The notes: generated by a model from the letters alone, not told the origin. Shown: positions 9,215 to 17,878, counted from the first letter of the stretch. The stretch: 64,000 nt of DNA from an uncultured Candidatus Saccharibacteria bacterium (GCA_964360335.1 CAYHVH010000002.1:804-64803), one strand, 5' to 3'. A program made the numbers and translations.

Positions 9215-10590
9215 AAATAACTTGGAAACGCTTGTGGGCGAGAAGGTATGCGCCGTTTTTGGGCGGTATCTTCACTCTGGCCTTCAGCAGACGCAACCCA
9301 TACGGGTTCAGTCGGAACAAATTGTTCGTACCGGAGGGAGATTTGCATGCGTGCTATTTTGCAAAACGCGAATTTGAAAACATTGTTCGCAACTACGCCC
9401 GCTTTGTCCGAAAACAAAATTTAAAACGTTATGCCGTACGTTACGAAGCGTATTTTAAACGATTTCTTAAAGGAGCAAAGCAATTCGCCAGGATAAATTA
9501 CGCCACGCTGGACAACCTAGAACTTGCTGACTTATTAGAGAGGATTACGGCATTTTACGCCGATTATGCGGAAGTTCAGTATCTTGGTTTTGTAATTTTA
9601 GAGGGGCCGGGCAGGCAACTGGAAAAAGCATTGGCGCGATACGCTAACCAAACAGAAATTTCGCAATGGGTGGCAACACTCTACAAAATTCCGAAAATTA
9701 CAAAAGCCCGTTTGGAACTACTGCGGCTGGTTCGCGACCATAAGGCCAGCGCGAGCGCGTTGAGGAGATATCTGAAAAAATATTCTTGGATTCCGATATA
9801 TGATTTTGTGGATCGACCCTGGACGCTCAAAGACATAAAAGCCCAGGTCAAGGCCGTCAAAGATGCAGGCGCAGAAATCAAGCAATACCGGGAGAGCAGG
9901 CGCAAGAGTTTGCACAGACTTCATAACTTCCTGCGAAACTTGCAAAGCCGAAAACTGAAAAAACTGATTGAAATCGTCCATACATTTTCGTATCTCAAAG
10001 ATATGCGGGACGACTATCGGCGGCAGACTTATTTTCTTTTGCGCCCATTTTGGCAGGAAGTTGGAAAAAGGCTCGGGGTTACTTTCGTGCAGGCCAATTA
10101 TCTGTTGTCGGAGGAGCTGGTCAGGCTTTTAAGTACGGGGCAGAAGCCCAGCCTCAAGCTGATTTCCGCGAGGCAAAAGACCTATTCATTTTCATTGATA
10201 GGGGGAAAACTCCGCATTTTTGCCGGAGATTTGACCAAGCAATATCTGGTCCAGCATGGTACACAAGAAACAAGTATTCTCAAGGGGACCGCTGCCCATC
10301 CAGGAATTGTGCGCGGCCCCGCGAAAGTTATTTATCATAACGGCGAGTTTGAAAAACTTAGAAAGGGTGACATTTTAGTGACAGTCATGACCCACCCGGA
10401 GTTTTTACCGATAATGAAGCTGGCCGCGGCGTTTGTGACTGACGAAGGCGGAATCACCTGCCATGCCGCAATCGTAGCGCGGGAGCTTGAGAAACCCTGC
10501 GTTATCGGCACGAAAATCGCCACCAAAGTTCTGAAGGACGGCGATTTGGTGGAAGTCGATGCTGACGAAGGAATTGTAAGAAAACTGTAA
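9211..10590 (+). CDS. PEP-utilising-enzyme swivel-domain protein, paralog 6 (459 aa)
   Basis: ATGA overlap with paralog 5. C-terminus GTAAHPGIVRGPAKVI...GGITCHAAIVARELEKPCVIGTKIATKVLKDGDLVEVDADEG. The KKYSWIPIYDF motif is present. Confidence 0.85.
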   Translation: MKITWKRLWARRYAPFLGGIFTLAFSRRNPYGFSRNKLFVPEGDLHACYFAKREFENIVRNYARFVRKQNLKRYAVRYEAYFKRFLKGAKQFARINYATLDNLELADLLERITAFYADYAEVQYLGFVILEGPGRQLEKALARYANQTEISQWVATLYKIPKITKARLELLRLVRDHKASASALRRYLKKYSWIPIYDFVDRPWTLKDIKAQVKAVKDAGAEIKQYRESRRKSLHRLHNFLRNLQSRKLKKLIEIVHTFSYLKDMRDDYRRQTYFLLRPFWQEVGKRLGVTFVQANYLLSEELVRLLSTGQKPSLKLISARQKTYSFSLIGGKLRIFAGDLTKQYLVQHGTQETSILKGTAAHPGIVRGPAKVIYHNGEFEKLRKGDILVTVMTHPEFLPIMKLAAAFVTDEGGITCHAAIVARELEKPCVIGTKIATKVLKDGDLVEVDADEGIVRKL

Positions 10591-10601
10591 CTGTAATAAG
10601 T

Positions 10602-12059
10602 ATGGCGAAATATTTTAAATTCGGGTCGTGGTCTATTAGCATACTGCATTATTCTCTTTACTATTGGAATAAAAGAGAACTAGTTTTTCTGCGCCCAATT
10701 AGGTGGCACCAAGATCAACTAGCTGAATACCTCGGTTACAAGCAAGACGAAAGGCGAATGTATCGGATTTGGAATGATCGAATTGTGAAAGACGCTCAAT
10801 ATATGTATCGGTATGGGAAAGAACACGAAAAGAATTTTAGAAATGTCGTTAATTACTTAAACAAAAAAATATCGAAAGTTAAATCAGCTAAAAGATTAGA
10901 AATTCTTAGAATTTTTAATAAATACTGGTCCCTGCTTTTTCTGTCAGAACCTATCGGTGATATAAATCACACAGTAGATGAAATCTATACTAAAAGGATA
11001 ATGGGCCCCTTGAAGCAAATTCTCTATAAGATTGGCAAGGAAGAAAAGGTTACAGAATATATGCTGGGTTTGACAACGCCTTGGGAGTCTTTGCCAACAC
11101 AGAAAGAAGATATGCAATTCCTACTCTTTGCTAGAGACGTCAATAAAGGGAAAGTTAAAGATGTCAATGCATTTTTTCAAAAACATCTTAAGCAATATGC
11201 TTGGATTCCGGTATGGTATGATAATAAACCCTGGGATATAAATGACTTGAAATCTAGACTAAATTCAGAGCTTAAGTTTGGTGATTTTGCCCAGCGAATT
11301 AATCGACTAAAAAATTACGGAAAAAGTACCAAACTAATCAATCGCAAGCAAAAAGCCGAACTTAAAGTTAGCGGTAGGCTACTTCAGGACATAGACGCTC
11401 TTAGGTACTTCACCTATATTCGGAATCTAGTTGACTTGCACACCGGTTACATAGTGCATAAAGCCAGGCCAATTTATGAAAAAATTGCCAATTTTTTGGA
11501 AATTAGCTTTGATGAGTTAAAATATCTCACTCCGAATGAAATTCGACTTGGTTTGAAAAACAAATTACCGCTAAAAGCTGTTAAAAGTCAAATCACACAG
11601 CGGCAAAAATTTGCTTTGACAATCTTTAGCAGATCAAAACAAAAAGTCTTAGCCGGGCTTAAGGCAAAAAGAGAATATCTAAGAATTAAAGAGGAGATTC
11701 AGAAAGAATCACCTAAGAAAAGTGTGGAATTAAGGGATCAAAAGCTTAGCGGAATTGGTGCCTCCCTCGGTAAGGCCAAGGGCCGGGCAAGGGTAATAAA
11801 AAGCATTTCGGAGTTGAATACGATGAAAGAGGATGAAATTTTGATTGTACCCTCAACTTCTGTTGATTTCGTGGGAGCTATGAAAAAATCGGTCGCGGTA
11901 GTGACAGAGATAGGCGGTATTACTTGTCATGCGGCAATCGTTTCTCGGGAACTTGGCAAGCCTTGTATTGTTAATACCTTAATCGCAACAAAAGTTTTTA
12001 AAACTGGCGATCTTGTGGAAGTAGATGCGAATAAAGGGATAGTAAGAAAATTAACCTAA
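10602..12059 (+). CDS. PEP-utilising-enzyme swivel-domain protein, paralog 7 (485 aa)
   Basis: C-terminus GIGASLGKAKGRARVI...GGITCHAAIVSRELGKPCIVNTLIATKVFKTGDLVEVDANKG. N-terminus is very AT-rich. The KQYAWIPVWYDNKPW motif is present. Confidence 0.85.
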   Translation: MAKYFKFGSWSISILHYSLYYWNKRELVFLRPIRWHQDQLAEYLGYKQDERRMYRIWNDRIVKDAQYMYRYGKEHEKNFRNVVNYLNKKISKVKSAKRLEILRIFNKYWSLLFLSEPIGDINHTVDEIYTKRIMGPLKQILYKIGKEEKVTEYMLGLTTPWESLPTQKEDMQFLLFARDVNKGKVKDVNAFFQKHLKQYAWIPVWYDNKPWDINDLKSRLNSELKFGDFAQRINRLKNYGKSTKLINRKQKAELKVSGRLLQDIDALRYFTYIRNLVDLHTGYIVHKARPIYEKIANFLEISFDELKYLTPNEIRLGLKNKLPLKAVKSQITQRQKFALTIFSRSKQKVLAGLKAKREYLRIKEEIQKESPKKSVELRDQKLSGIGASLGKAKGRARVIKSISELNTMKEDEILIVPSTSVDFVGAMKKSVAVVTEIGGITCHAAIVSRELGKPCIVNTLIATKVFKTGDLVEVDANKGIVRKLT

Positions 12060-12083
12060 TTGCTTTAATTGACCTAATTTCTA

Positions 12084-12440
12084 ATGTCTCACAAGTTCAG
12101 GTTTTGGCTTATATTTGTCTTTAGCGCGGTCTCGTTTTTTACGCCATTGGCGGTTGAAGAACGAGTGGGGTTGGGGCTGGATAAAGTTGTGCATGCATTT
12201 TTATTTTTCTTGCTGGTGTACTTCGCGTTCCAGGCCTACCCGGAGAGAAAAGTCTTGTCGGTAATTCTGCTGTTGCTTTATACCGTTGCTACCGAATTTA
12301 TTCAGGAGAGCTATATTCCGCATCGGAGTTTTGATGTGTATGATATTGTCGCTGATACCGCGGGAATTATTGCAGGTGCTATTTATACACTCACTAAGAG
12401 GGAGAGATCCTTCGTCCCGCCGTGGCGGGACGAAGGATGA
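12084..12440 (+). CDS. VanZ-like family membrane protein
   Basis: 118 aa. Hydrophobic segments plus HRSFDVYDIVADTAGIIAG, typical of VanZ-like proteins. Confidence 0.65.
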   Translation: MSHKFRFWLIFVFSAVSFFTPLAVEERVGLGLDKVVHAFLFFLLVYFAFQAYPERKVLSVILLLLYTVATEFIQESYIPHRSFDVYDIVADTAGIIAGAIYTLTKRERSFVPPWRDEG

Positions 12441-12450
12441 CAAACAGGGC

Positions 12451-13305
12451 GTGAATAACATCACAAGCCGAATAGTTAAAAGACTAAAGCTTCCCAAACC
12501 CACGTCGTACAAAGGTGACAACGGCCAACTTTTGATTATCGCAGGAAGCAAGCAGTACCACGGTTCGCTTCTTTATGCTATCAAAGCCGCCAGTAAAATC
12601 GTGGATTTGATTTATGTGCTGACGACAAAGGAAAATCAGCGACTGGTGCAACTGCTGAAGAACAGGAGTGCAGGGTTTATATCCGTTGGCGACCTCTCCC
12701 TCATTCCCTCCCCTCGCCAGGGGAGGGAGGTAAAAGCTGATTGCGTACTCATTGGACCGGGGATGGGGACGGGAGAACGGACTTATAAACTTGTAGAGAG
12801 AGTTTTGAAGAGCGGAGTCAAAGCGGTCCTAGACGCGGATGCCATTAATGTTTTGGATAAAAAATTACTTAATTTACTCGATACCAATCATATTTTGACT
12901 CCGCATAAAGGGGAATTCGGACGGCTATGGCAGAAATCTTCGACCTCTCCCTCATTCCCTCCCCATCGCCTGGGGAGGAAGGCCGAAGAGTTGATGCACA
13001 GATATGGCTCTACGATTGTACTAAAGGGCAGGGTAGATGTCGTAGCTCACGCCGAGCAAGGCTTAAAATTTAACTACACTGGCAACGAGGGGATGACCAA
13101 GGGAGGAACGGGGGATGTGCTGGCCGGGCTGATTGCAGGGCTTTTCTGCAAAAATGACGCCTTTGCGGCGGCCGCGGCTAGCGTTTATATAAACGGCTTG
13201 GCTGGCGATGAGCTTTATAAAAAAGTTGGGCCTTACTATAATGCCGAGGATTTGGTAGAGCAGATACCCCAAACGCTATGGCGTTTGATAAATCCTAAGC
13301 ACTAA
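12451..13305 (+). CDS. ADP-dependent NAD(P)H-hydrate dehydratase (YjeF C-terminal, carbohydrate-kinase-like)
   Basis: Motifs YKGDNGQLLIIAGS..YHGS, VLIGPGMG, HKGEF and KGGTGDVLAG. Start assigned to the GTG at 12451, just after the VanZ stop; the track ORF extends upstream into VanZ. The gene contains two copies of a GC-rich palindromic repeat. Confidence 0.75.
   Translation: MNNITSRIVKRLKLPKPTSYKGDNGQLLIIAGSKQYHGSLLYAIKAASKIVDLIYVLTTKENQRLVQLLKNRSAGFISVGDLSLIPSPRQGREVKADCVLIGPGMGTGERTYKLVERVLKSGVKAVLDADAINVLDKKLLNLLDTNHILTPHKGEFGRLWQKSSTSPSFPPHRLGRKAEELMHRYGSTIVLKGRVDVVAHAEQGLKFNYTGNEGMTKGGTGDVLAGLIAGLFCKNDAFAAAAASVYINGLAGDELYKKVGPYYNAEDLVEQIPQTLWRLINPKH
12691..12730 (+). repeat. GC-rich palindromic element, copy a (intragenic, in-frame)
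   Basis: gacctctccctcattccctcccctcgccaggggagggagg. It has a 9-bp perfect stem (ccctcccct / aggggaggg) around a cgcc loop. It lies within the NAD(P)HX dehydratase CDS and keeps the frame. Confidence 0.8.
12941..12982 (+). repeat. GC-rich palindromic element, copy b (intragenic, in-frame)
   Basis: cgacctctccctcattccctccccatcgcctggggaggaagg. Its first 23 nt are identical to copy a, 250 nt upstream in the same gene. Confidence 0.8.
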
Positions 13306-13405
13306 ATCCTAAATACTAAATAAATCCAAAATCATAAATCTCAAATCGTTCGGAATTTAAAGAGTTCGTATTTGTTTAGGATTTAGATATTAGAATTTAG
13401 AATTT
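13298..13405. repeat. AT-rich imperfect inverted repeat with short tandem 6-7-mers
   Basis: ctaaatcctaaatactaaataaatcc ... ggatttagatattagaatttag. The arms are near reverse complements and flank ~50 nt. Internal aaatcc / taaata / ctaaat periodicity. Lies between the dehydratase stop and the PIN gene start. Confidence 0.5.
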
Positions 13406-13413
13406 AACTTCCC

Positions 13414-13863
13414 ATGAAGGTCGTCATTGACACCAACATTTTAATCAGCGGTTCTTATGACGAATCTTCGCATTCTTTTAAGATACTCCAGGAAGTCATA
13501 GCCGGGAAGATTCAGGCTTGTGCGACGCATCAGACGATGAGCGAAAACCGGCAAATGCTTCGAAAACTGGTCAAGGACAGAAATTACCGGACTCTTTTGG
13601 AAAGCTATTTTCAAAAACTGCAAGTTACTAAACTTTTCAGGCCGCTTCAGGTCGTGGCAGACCCCGAGGACAATAAACTTTTTGAGTCCGCGGTGTCAGC
13701 CGGCGCCCAATATATCATCACCGAAGATCGGGAAGTTCTGGATGTTGAGGTATATCGCGACGTAAAAGTCATCACCCCAGAGGATTTTTGGGCGGTTTAC
13801 GAAAATCAAAGTGGCAGTGACTCGGCGTGGCAGGATTGGACGAAAATAGTGATGGGGAAATGA
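13414..13863 (+). CDS. PIN-domain protein (putative RNase / TA toxin-like)
   Basis: MKVVIDTNIL... with acidic residues (D5, E, D...ITED) in the PIN pattern. 149 aa. No obvious cognate antitoxin ORF upstream. Confidence 0.65.
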   Translation: MKVVIDTNILISGSYDESSHSFKILQEVIAGKIQACATHQTMSENRQMLRKLVKDRNYRTLLESYFQKLQVTKLFRPLQVVADPEDNKLFESAVSAGAQYIITEDREVLDVEVYRDVKVITPEDFWAVYENQSGSDSAWQDWTKIVMGK

Positions 13864-13875
13864 CTTTACGAACTA

Positions 13876-13930
13876 CCCCCACTCTTTCTTCCCCTATTTG
13901 CTTCGCTGTCAGGGGGAGAGGAAGAGGGGG
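13876..13930. repeat. GC-rich imperfect palindrome (related to the intragenic palindrome family)
   Basis: Left arm cccccactctttcttcccc, a 17-nt loop, right arm gggggagaggaagaggggg. Intergenic, upstream of the helicase gene. Confidence 0.5.
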
Positions 13931-13954
13931 TCATTGTGCTAGAATAATGGTGCT

Positions 13955-16933
13955 ATGCAGAAGACTAAGATCGAACTCAAAACCAAATCTAAGATTTTAG
14001 AAGGTTTAAATGATGAGCAGGCCCGAGCGGTGACTCACGGCGAAGGGCCGCTTCTGATTGTTGCTGGGGCCGGTACCGGCAAAACAACGGTTATCACCAG
14101 ACGCGTGGCTTACCTGATTGAACGGGGAATAAAACCGGAGCAGATTTTGGCGCTCGCTTTCGGCGACAAAGCCGCTCAAGAGATGGAAGAACGCGCGGAC
14201 AAGCTTTTGCCCTACGGCTACTACAATTTGCAAATTTCTACTTTCCACGCCTTCGCGGAATCGGTCCTCAAAGAGCACAGCCTGGAGATTGGCCTGCCGG
14301 ATTTTAAGGTGCTGGACGAGGTCGGCCAGTGGTTACTCATCAGAAATAACCTGGAAAAGTTTGACCTTGATTACTACCGGCCTCTGGGCAACCCCACGCG
14401 GTTTATTAAGGCCTTGGTTACGCACTTTGCCCGGGCCAAGGATGAACTTATTACCCCCGAGGAATACTTGGGATATGCGGAAAAACTTAAATTAGTATCT
14501 GACCAAGACCCTTCGACTTCACTTCGCTCCGCTCAGGGACTGAAATCGTTAGCGCCCGAGCTTGCCCGCCCGCTGAAGCTAGGCGAAGGCTGGGTCGAGG
14601 GCCAGGAACTCAAAAGGATTGCCGAGGTCGCCAACGCTTATCACGTTTATCAAAGACTTTTGCTGCAAAATAGCGTTTTGGATTTTGGGGATCTCATCAA
14701 TTATACCCTAACGCTTTTCCAGAAACGGCCGCGCGTTTTGGAGCTTTACCGGAAGCGTTTTCAGTACATCTTGATTGACGAGTTTCAGGATACGAATTAT
14801 GCGCAGTACGAGCTTTTGAAATTTCTGGCTGCGCCGAAAAACAACCTCACGGTCGTCGGCGACGACGACCAGAGTATTTTTAAGTTCCGCGGTGCTTCGA
14901 TTTCCAATATTCTGCATTTTCAAAAGGATTACCCGGACGCGGTGTTTGTTTCTCTCACCAGGAATTACCGGAGCGGCCAGAACATCTTGGACGAAGCCCA
15001 CCGGTTTATCCAGCAGAATGATCCGGACCGGCTGGAGGTCCGCCTCCAGCTTTCCAAAAAACTCCAAAATCCGGAGAACCTAAGAGGGGAGATTCAGCCG
15101 CTTCTGGCGCAAGACTATATCAGCGAGGCCCGACTGGTGGCAGAGAAAATCCTGGAATTTTTGAACAAAGACCCGGGTTTGACTTGGGACGACTTTGCCA
15201 TCCTGGCGCGCTCCCACGACACGCTCAATCCTTTTATCACGGTTCTGGAGGAAAATCACATTCCACACATTTATTTTGCCAACAAAGGCCTGTACAAAAA
15301 AGCCGCAATCTTGGATATTTTGGCCTATTTCCGGCTTTTGGACAATTATCACGAATCGCAGGCTTTGTACCGGGTGGCGAATTTTCCGCTGTTCCAAATT
15401 TCCCACGCCGCCATTGTGGAGCTTTCACACTTTGCCAAAAGGAAGTCGCTCTCGCTATTTGAAGCCTTCCGGCTGGCCCCGGCCGTCTTAAACCTTGACG
15501 AAAAAAGCCGGGAGGGACTCCAGAAACTTTTAATCCTTTTGGAGCAGCACGCCAAGCTCGCGCGCGAGAAGAGCGCCGAGCAAGTCTACATTCAGGTGGT
15601 AAACGATCTGGATTTTGCGGCAGCGGCCCTCCAGGATTATCAAAACGGGAAATATTTGGAAAATTTTCGGCGGCGCATCCAGGATTTTCAGGTCCAAAAT
15701 CCGGACAAAACTCTAAAGAACTTTATGCGGGAGCTTAATTTTGAGCAAGAGGCCGGGGGACTGGGAGAGTTGGAGTTTGACGCGGAAGCCGGCCCGGAGG
15801 CCGTAAAACTCATGACGGTCCACGGCGCCAAGGGACTGGAGTTTAGCCACGTGTTTGTCGTAGGGCTGGTGGATAAAAGATTTCCAAGTCTGGAGCGGCG
15901 GGAAGCGATCGAGATTCCGCAGGCGCTCATCAAAGAGGTTTTGCCGGTGGGGGACATTCATTTAGAAGAAGAGCGGCGGCTTTTCTACGTGGCGATGACC
16001 CGACCCAAAAAAACCTTGTTTTTGACGAGAGCCCTGGATTACGGGGGCAAGCTTCAGAAAAAGCCTTCCCGCTTTCTAGAGGAGCTAGGGCTTGCCCGAG
16101 CGACGGGGGCGAAGCCGACTGGCGAGGTGGTTTTTGCCGGAACCAACACGTCCGGAAGACCGCAAAGATTGCCGCTCCCAAAGTTGTTTTCCTTCACCCA
16201 AATCTCTGTCTTTAGAAGTTGTCCGCTGGAGTACAAATTCAAATATGTCCTGAAGCTCCCGCTTCCCGGTCGGGCAAGTTTGTCTTTCGGACAAACCATC
16301 CACCAAACCTTGGAAAAATTTTTGCGTCTCACGAAGCAACACCGGGAAAGTCAGGACCTCTTCGGTCAACACTCCGGAGCCGAACCTCTGGACTTTGACG
16401 CTCTCCGGAAGCTGTATCGCGAGTCTTGGACTGATGATTGGTACGAAAGCCGCGCGCAAATGGAAGATTACCGGGACAAAGGCGAGAAGATCCTGAAATT
16501 TTTCCATGAGGACTCAAAAACCAACCCCCCGCGTCCGAAATACCTCGAGGCGAATTTTAAACTTAAGCTCGGGCCGTATCTCCTGCAGGGTAGGATCGAC
16601 CGGGTCGACGAAGCCCCTGGGGGTTTGCTGATCATTGACTACAAAACCGGGCCTCCCCGGGGCATCAACAAAGTGGACAAAGAACAACTCCTCCTCTACC
16701 AGTGGGCCACGGAAGAGTTTCTGAAAGAACGCGTCGCCGATTTGCAATATTGGTTTCTTTGGGATAGTCTGAAAAAACAATCCTTTTTGGGGAGACCAGA
16801 AGAGATTACTAAACTTAAGGAAGATTTCACGGCGACCATTTCCGAAATCGTATCCGCCGTGCAGGGCGACGACTTTTATAACCGGGATTTGCACATCTCT
16901 CATGACTGCGAGTTCCGGGATTTAGGACTATGA
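13955..16933 (+). CDS. UvrD/PcrA/AddA-type SF1 helicase with C-terminal PD-(D/E)XK (RecB-like) nuclease domain
   Basis: Walker A AGAGTGKT; helicase motifs (DEFQDT, VGDDDQSIF, TRNYRS, MTVHGAKGLEF, VAMTR). C-terminal GRIDRVDE...LIIDYKTG is a RecB-family nuclease motif. 992 aa. Confidence 0.85.
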   Translation: MQKTKIELKTKSKILEGLNDEQARAVTHGEGPLLIVAGAGTGKTTVITRRVAYLIERGIKPEQILALAFGDKAAQEMEERADKLLPYGYYNLQISTFHAFAESVLKEHSLEIGLPDFKVLDEVGQWLLIRNNLEKFDLDYYRPLGNPTRFIKALVTHFARAKDELITPEEYLGYAEKLKLVSDQDPSTSLRSAQGLKSLAPELARPLKLGEGWVEGQELKRIAEVANAYHVYQRLLLQNSVLDFGDLINYTLTLFQKRPRVLELYRKRFQYILIDEFQDTNYAQYELLKFLAAPKNNLTVVGDDDQSIFKFRGASISNILHFQKDYPDAVFVSLTRNYRSGQNILDEAHRFIQQNDPDRLEVRLQLSKKLQNPENLRGEIQPLLAQDYISEARLVAEKILEFLNKDPGLTWDDFAILARSHDTLNPFITVLEENHIPHIYFANKGLYKKAAILDILAYFRLLDNYHESQALYRVANFPLFQISHAAIVELSHFAKRKSLSLFEAFRLAPAVLNLDEKSREGLQKLLILLEQHAKLAREKSAEQVYIQVVNDLDFAAAALQDYQNGKYLENFRRRIQDFQVQNPDKTLKNFMRELNFEQEAGGLGELEFDAEAGPEAVKLMTVHGAKGLEFSHVFVVGLVDKRFPSLERREAIEIPQALIKEVLPVGDIHLEEERRLFYVAMTRPKKTLFLTRALDYGGKLQKKPSRFLEELGLARATGAKPTGEVVFAGTNTSGRPQRLPLPKLFSFTQISVFRSCPLEYKFKYVLKLPLPGRASLSFGQTIHQTLEKFLRLTKQHRESQDLFGQHSGAEPLDFDALRKLYRESWTDDWYESRAQMEDYRDKGEKILKFFHEDSKTNPPRPKYLEANFKLKLGPYLLQGRIDRVDEAPGGLLIIDYKTGPPRGINKVDKEQLLLYQWATEEFLKERVADLQYWFLWDSLKKQSFLGRPEEITKLKEDFTATISEIVSAVQGDDFYNRDLHISHDCEFRDLGL

Positions 16934-17826
16934 GGGCAATCATTGACCCAAGCAAACAAAAATTCGTGATTATCCTGGTGGCAGCGCTCACCACGTTTTT
17001 TGGCCTGGAGGTTGCGAGCCAAACTCTCGCGACTTATCAGCTACCGCTGTTTTTGCGGGTCAGCTTGTATGTCTATTTATTTTTGATTTTTTGGCAGACT
17101 TTTGTATTTGATTTACACCTCAAAAAAGCCGGCTCTTGGCGAGCGCTGGAACACTCCCTTTGGCAGGCCTTGAAGGCTCGGTTCGAATACCTCAAGGAGC
17201 GCCACCACTGGCTGCATTTCCAGAACTACCTGATTTTGCCCGGTTTTATTTACTGGATGACGGTCGCGTTGTTGTTTCTCAATCCTTTCGACGAACTTCG
17301 GAAGCAAGTCTGGATTTTTCTCTCGACAGTAGCCCTAAGCGGCGGCTTTTGGTACCTGAAAACCGTATTTTATTCCCATCGCGAGGCGAGCCGAATCTCG
17401 CGAGAAGTCATTTTTTTGGCCAAACTCTATGCCTCCTATTTGTCCTTTGCGGCGGGGTTGGGACTTGTTCGCTACTTCGGGCTGGGGGCGGAATTTTTTA
17501 CTTTGACCGCGTTTTTGATCACGTTTTGGCTTTTGTTTCAGGCCTTGTTCCAACACCACTTTATCGGGTTTCAAACCTTAAAGTTTCTTTTGCTGGCAGG
17601 AATCGGGATGGCCGCGGCCGGTTATTTCGTGTATTCCTTGTGGAACGTCAATTTTTACAGCGGTGGACTGGTTTTGGCCGCAGTTTATAACACCATCTGG
17701 GGACTTGTGCACCACAAGTTTATTGACCAGAACTTGACCCGGAGAATCGTCTACGAGTATCTGGCCGTGCTGTTCGTGATTTTGGTGATTGTCTTTGGAA
17801 CGACTAACTTCGCTGAGCGAATTTAG
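16930..17826 (+). CDS. Polytopic membrane protein, hypothetical
   Basis: ATGA overlap with the helicase stop. At least 8 hydrophobic helices. No recognisable catalytic motif. Confidence 0.6.
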   Translation: MRAIIDPSKQKFVIILVAALTTFFGLEVASQTLATYQLPLFLRVSLYVYLFLIFWQTFVFDLHLKKAGSWRALEHSLWQALKARFEYLKERHHWLHFQNYLILPGFIYWMTVALLFLNPFDELRKQVWIFLSTVALSGGFWYLKTVFYSHREASRISREVIFLAKLYASYLSFAAGLGLVRYFGLGAEFFTLTAFLITFWLLFQALFQHHFIGFQTLKFLLLAGIGMAAAGYFVYSLWNVNFYSGGLVLAAVYNTIWGLVHHKFIDQNLTRRIVYEYLAVLFVILVIVFGTTNFAERI

Positions 17827-17878
17827 CCGAGGGCGTCGAATTCATTTCGCGCCCGAGGCACATTCGAAAAGGGAGGCA

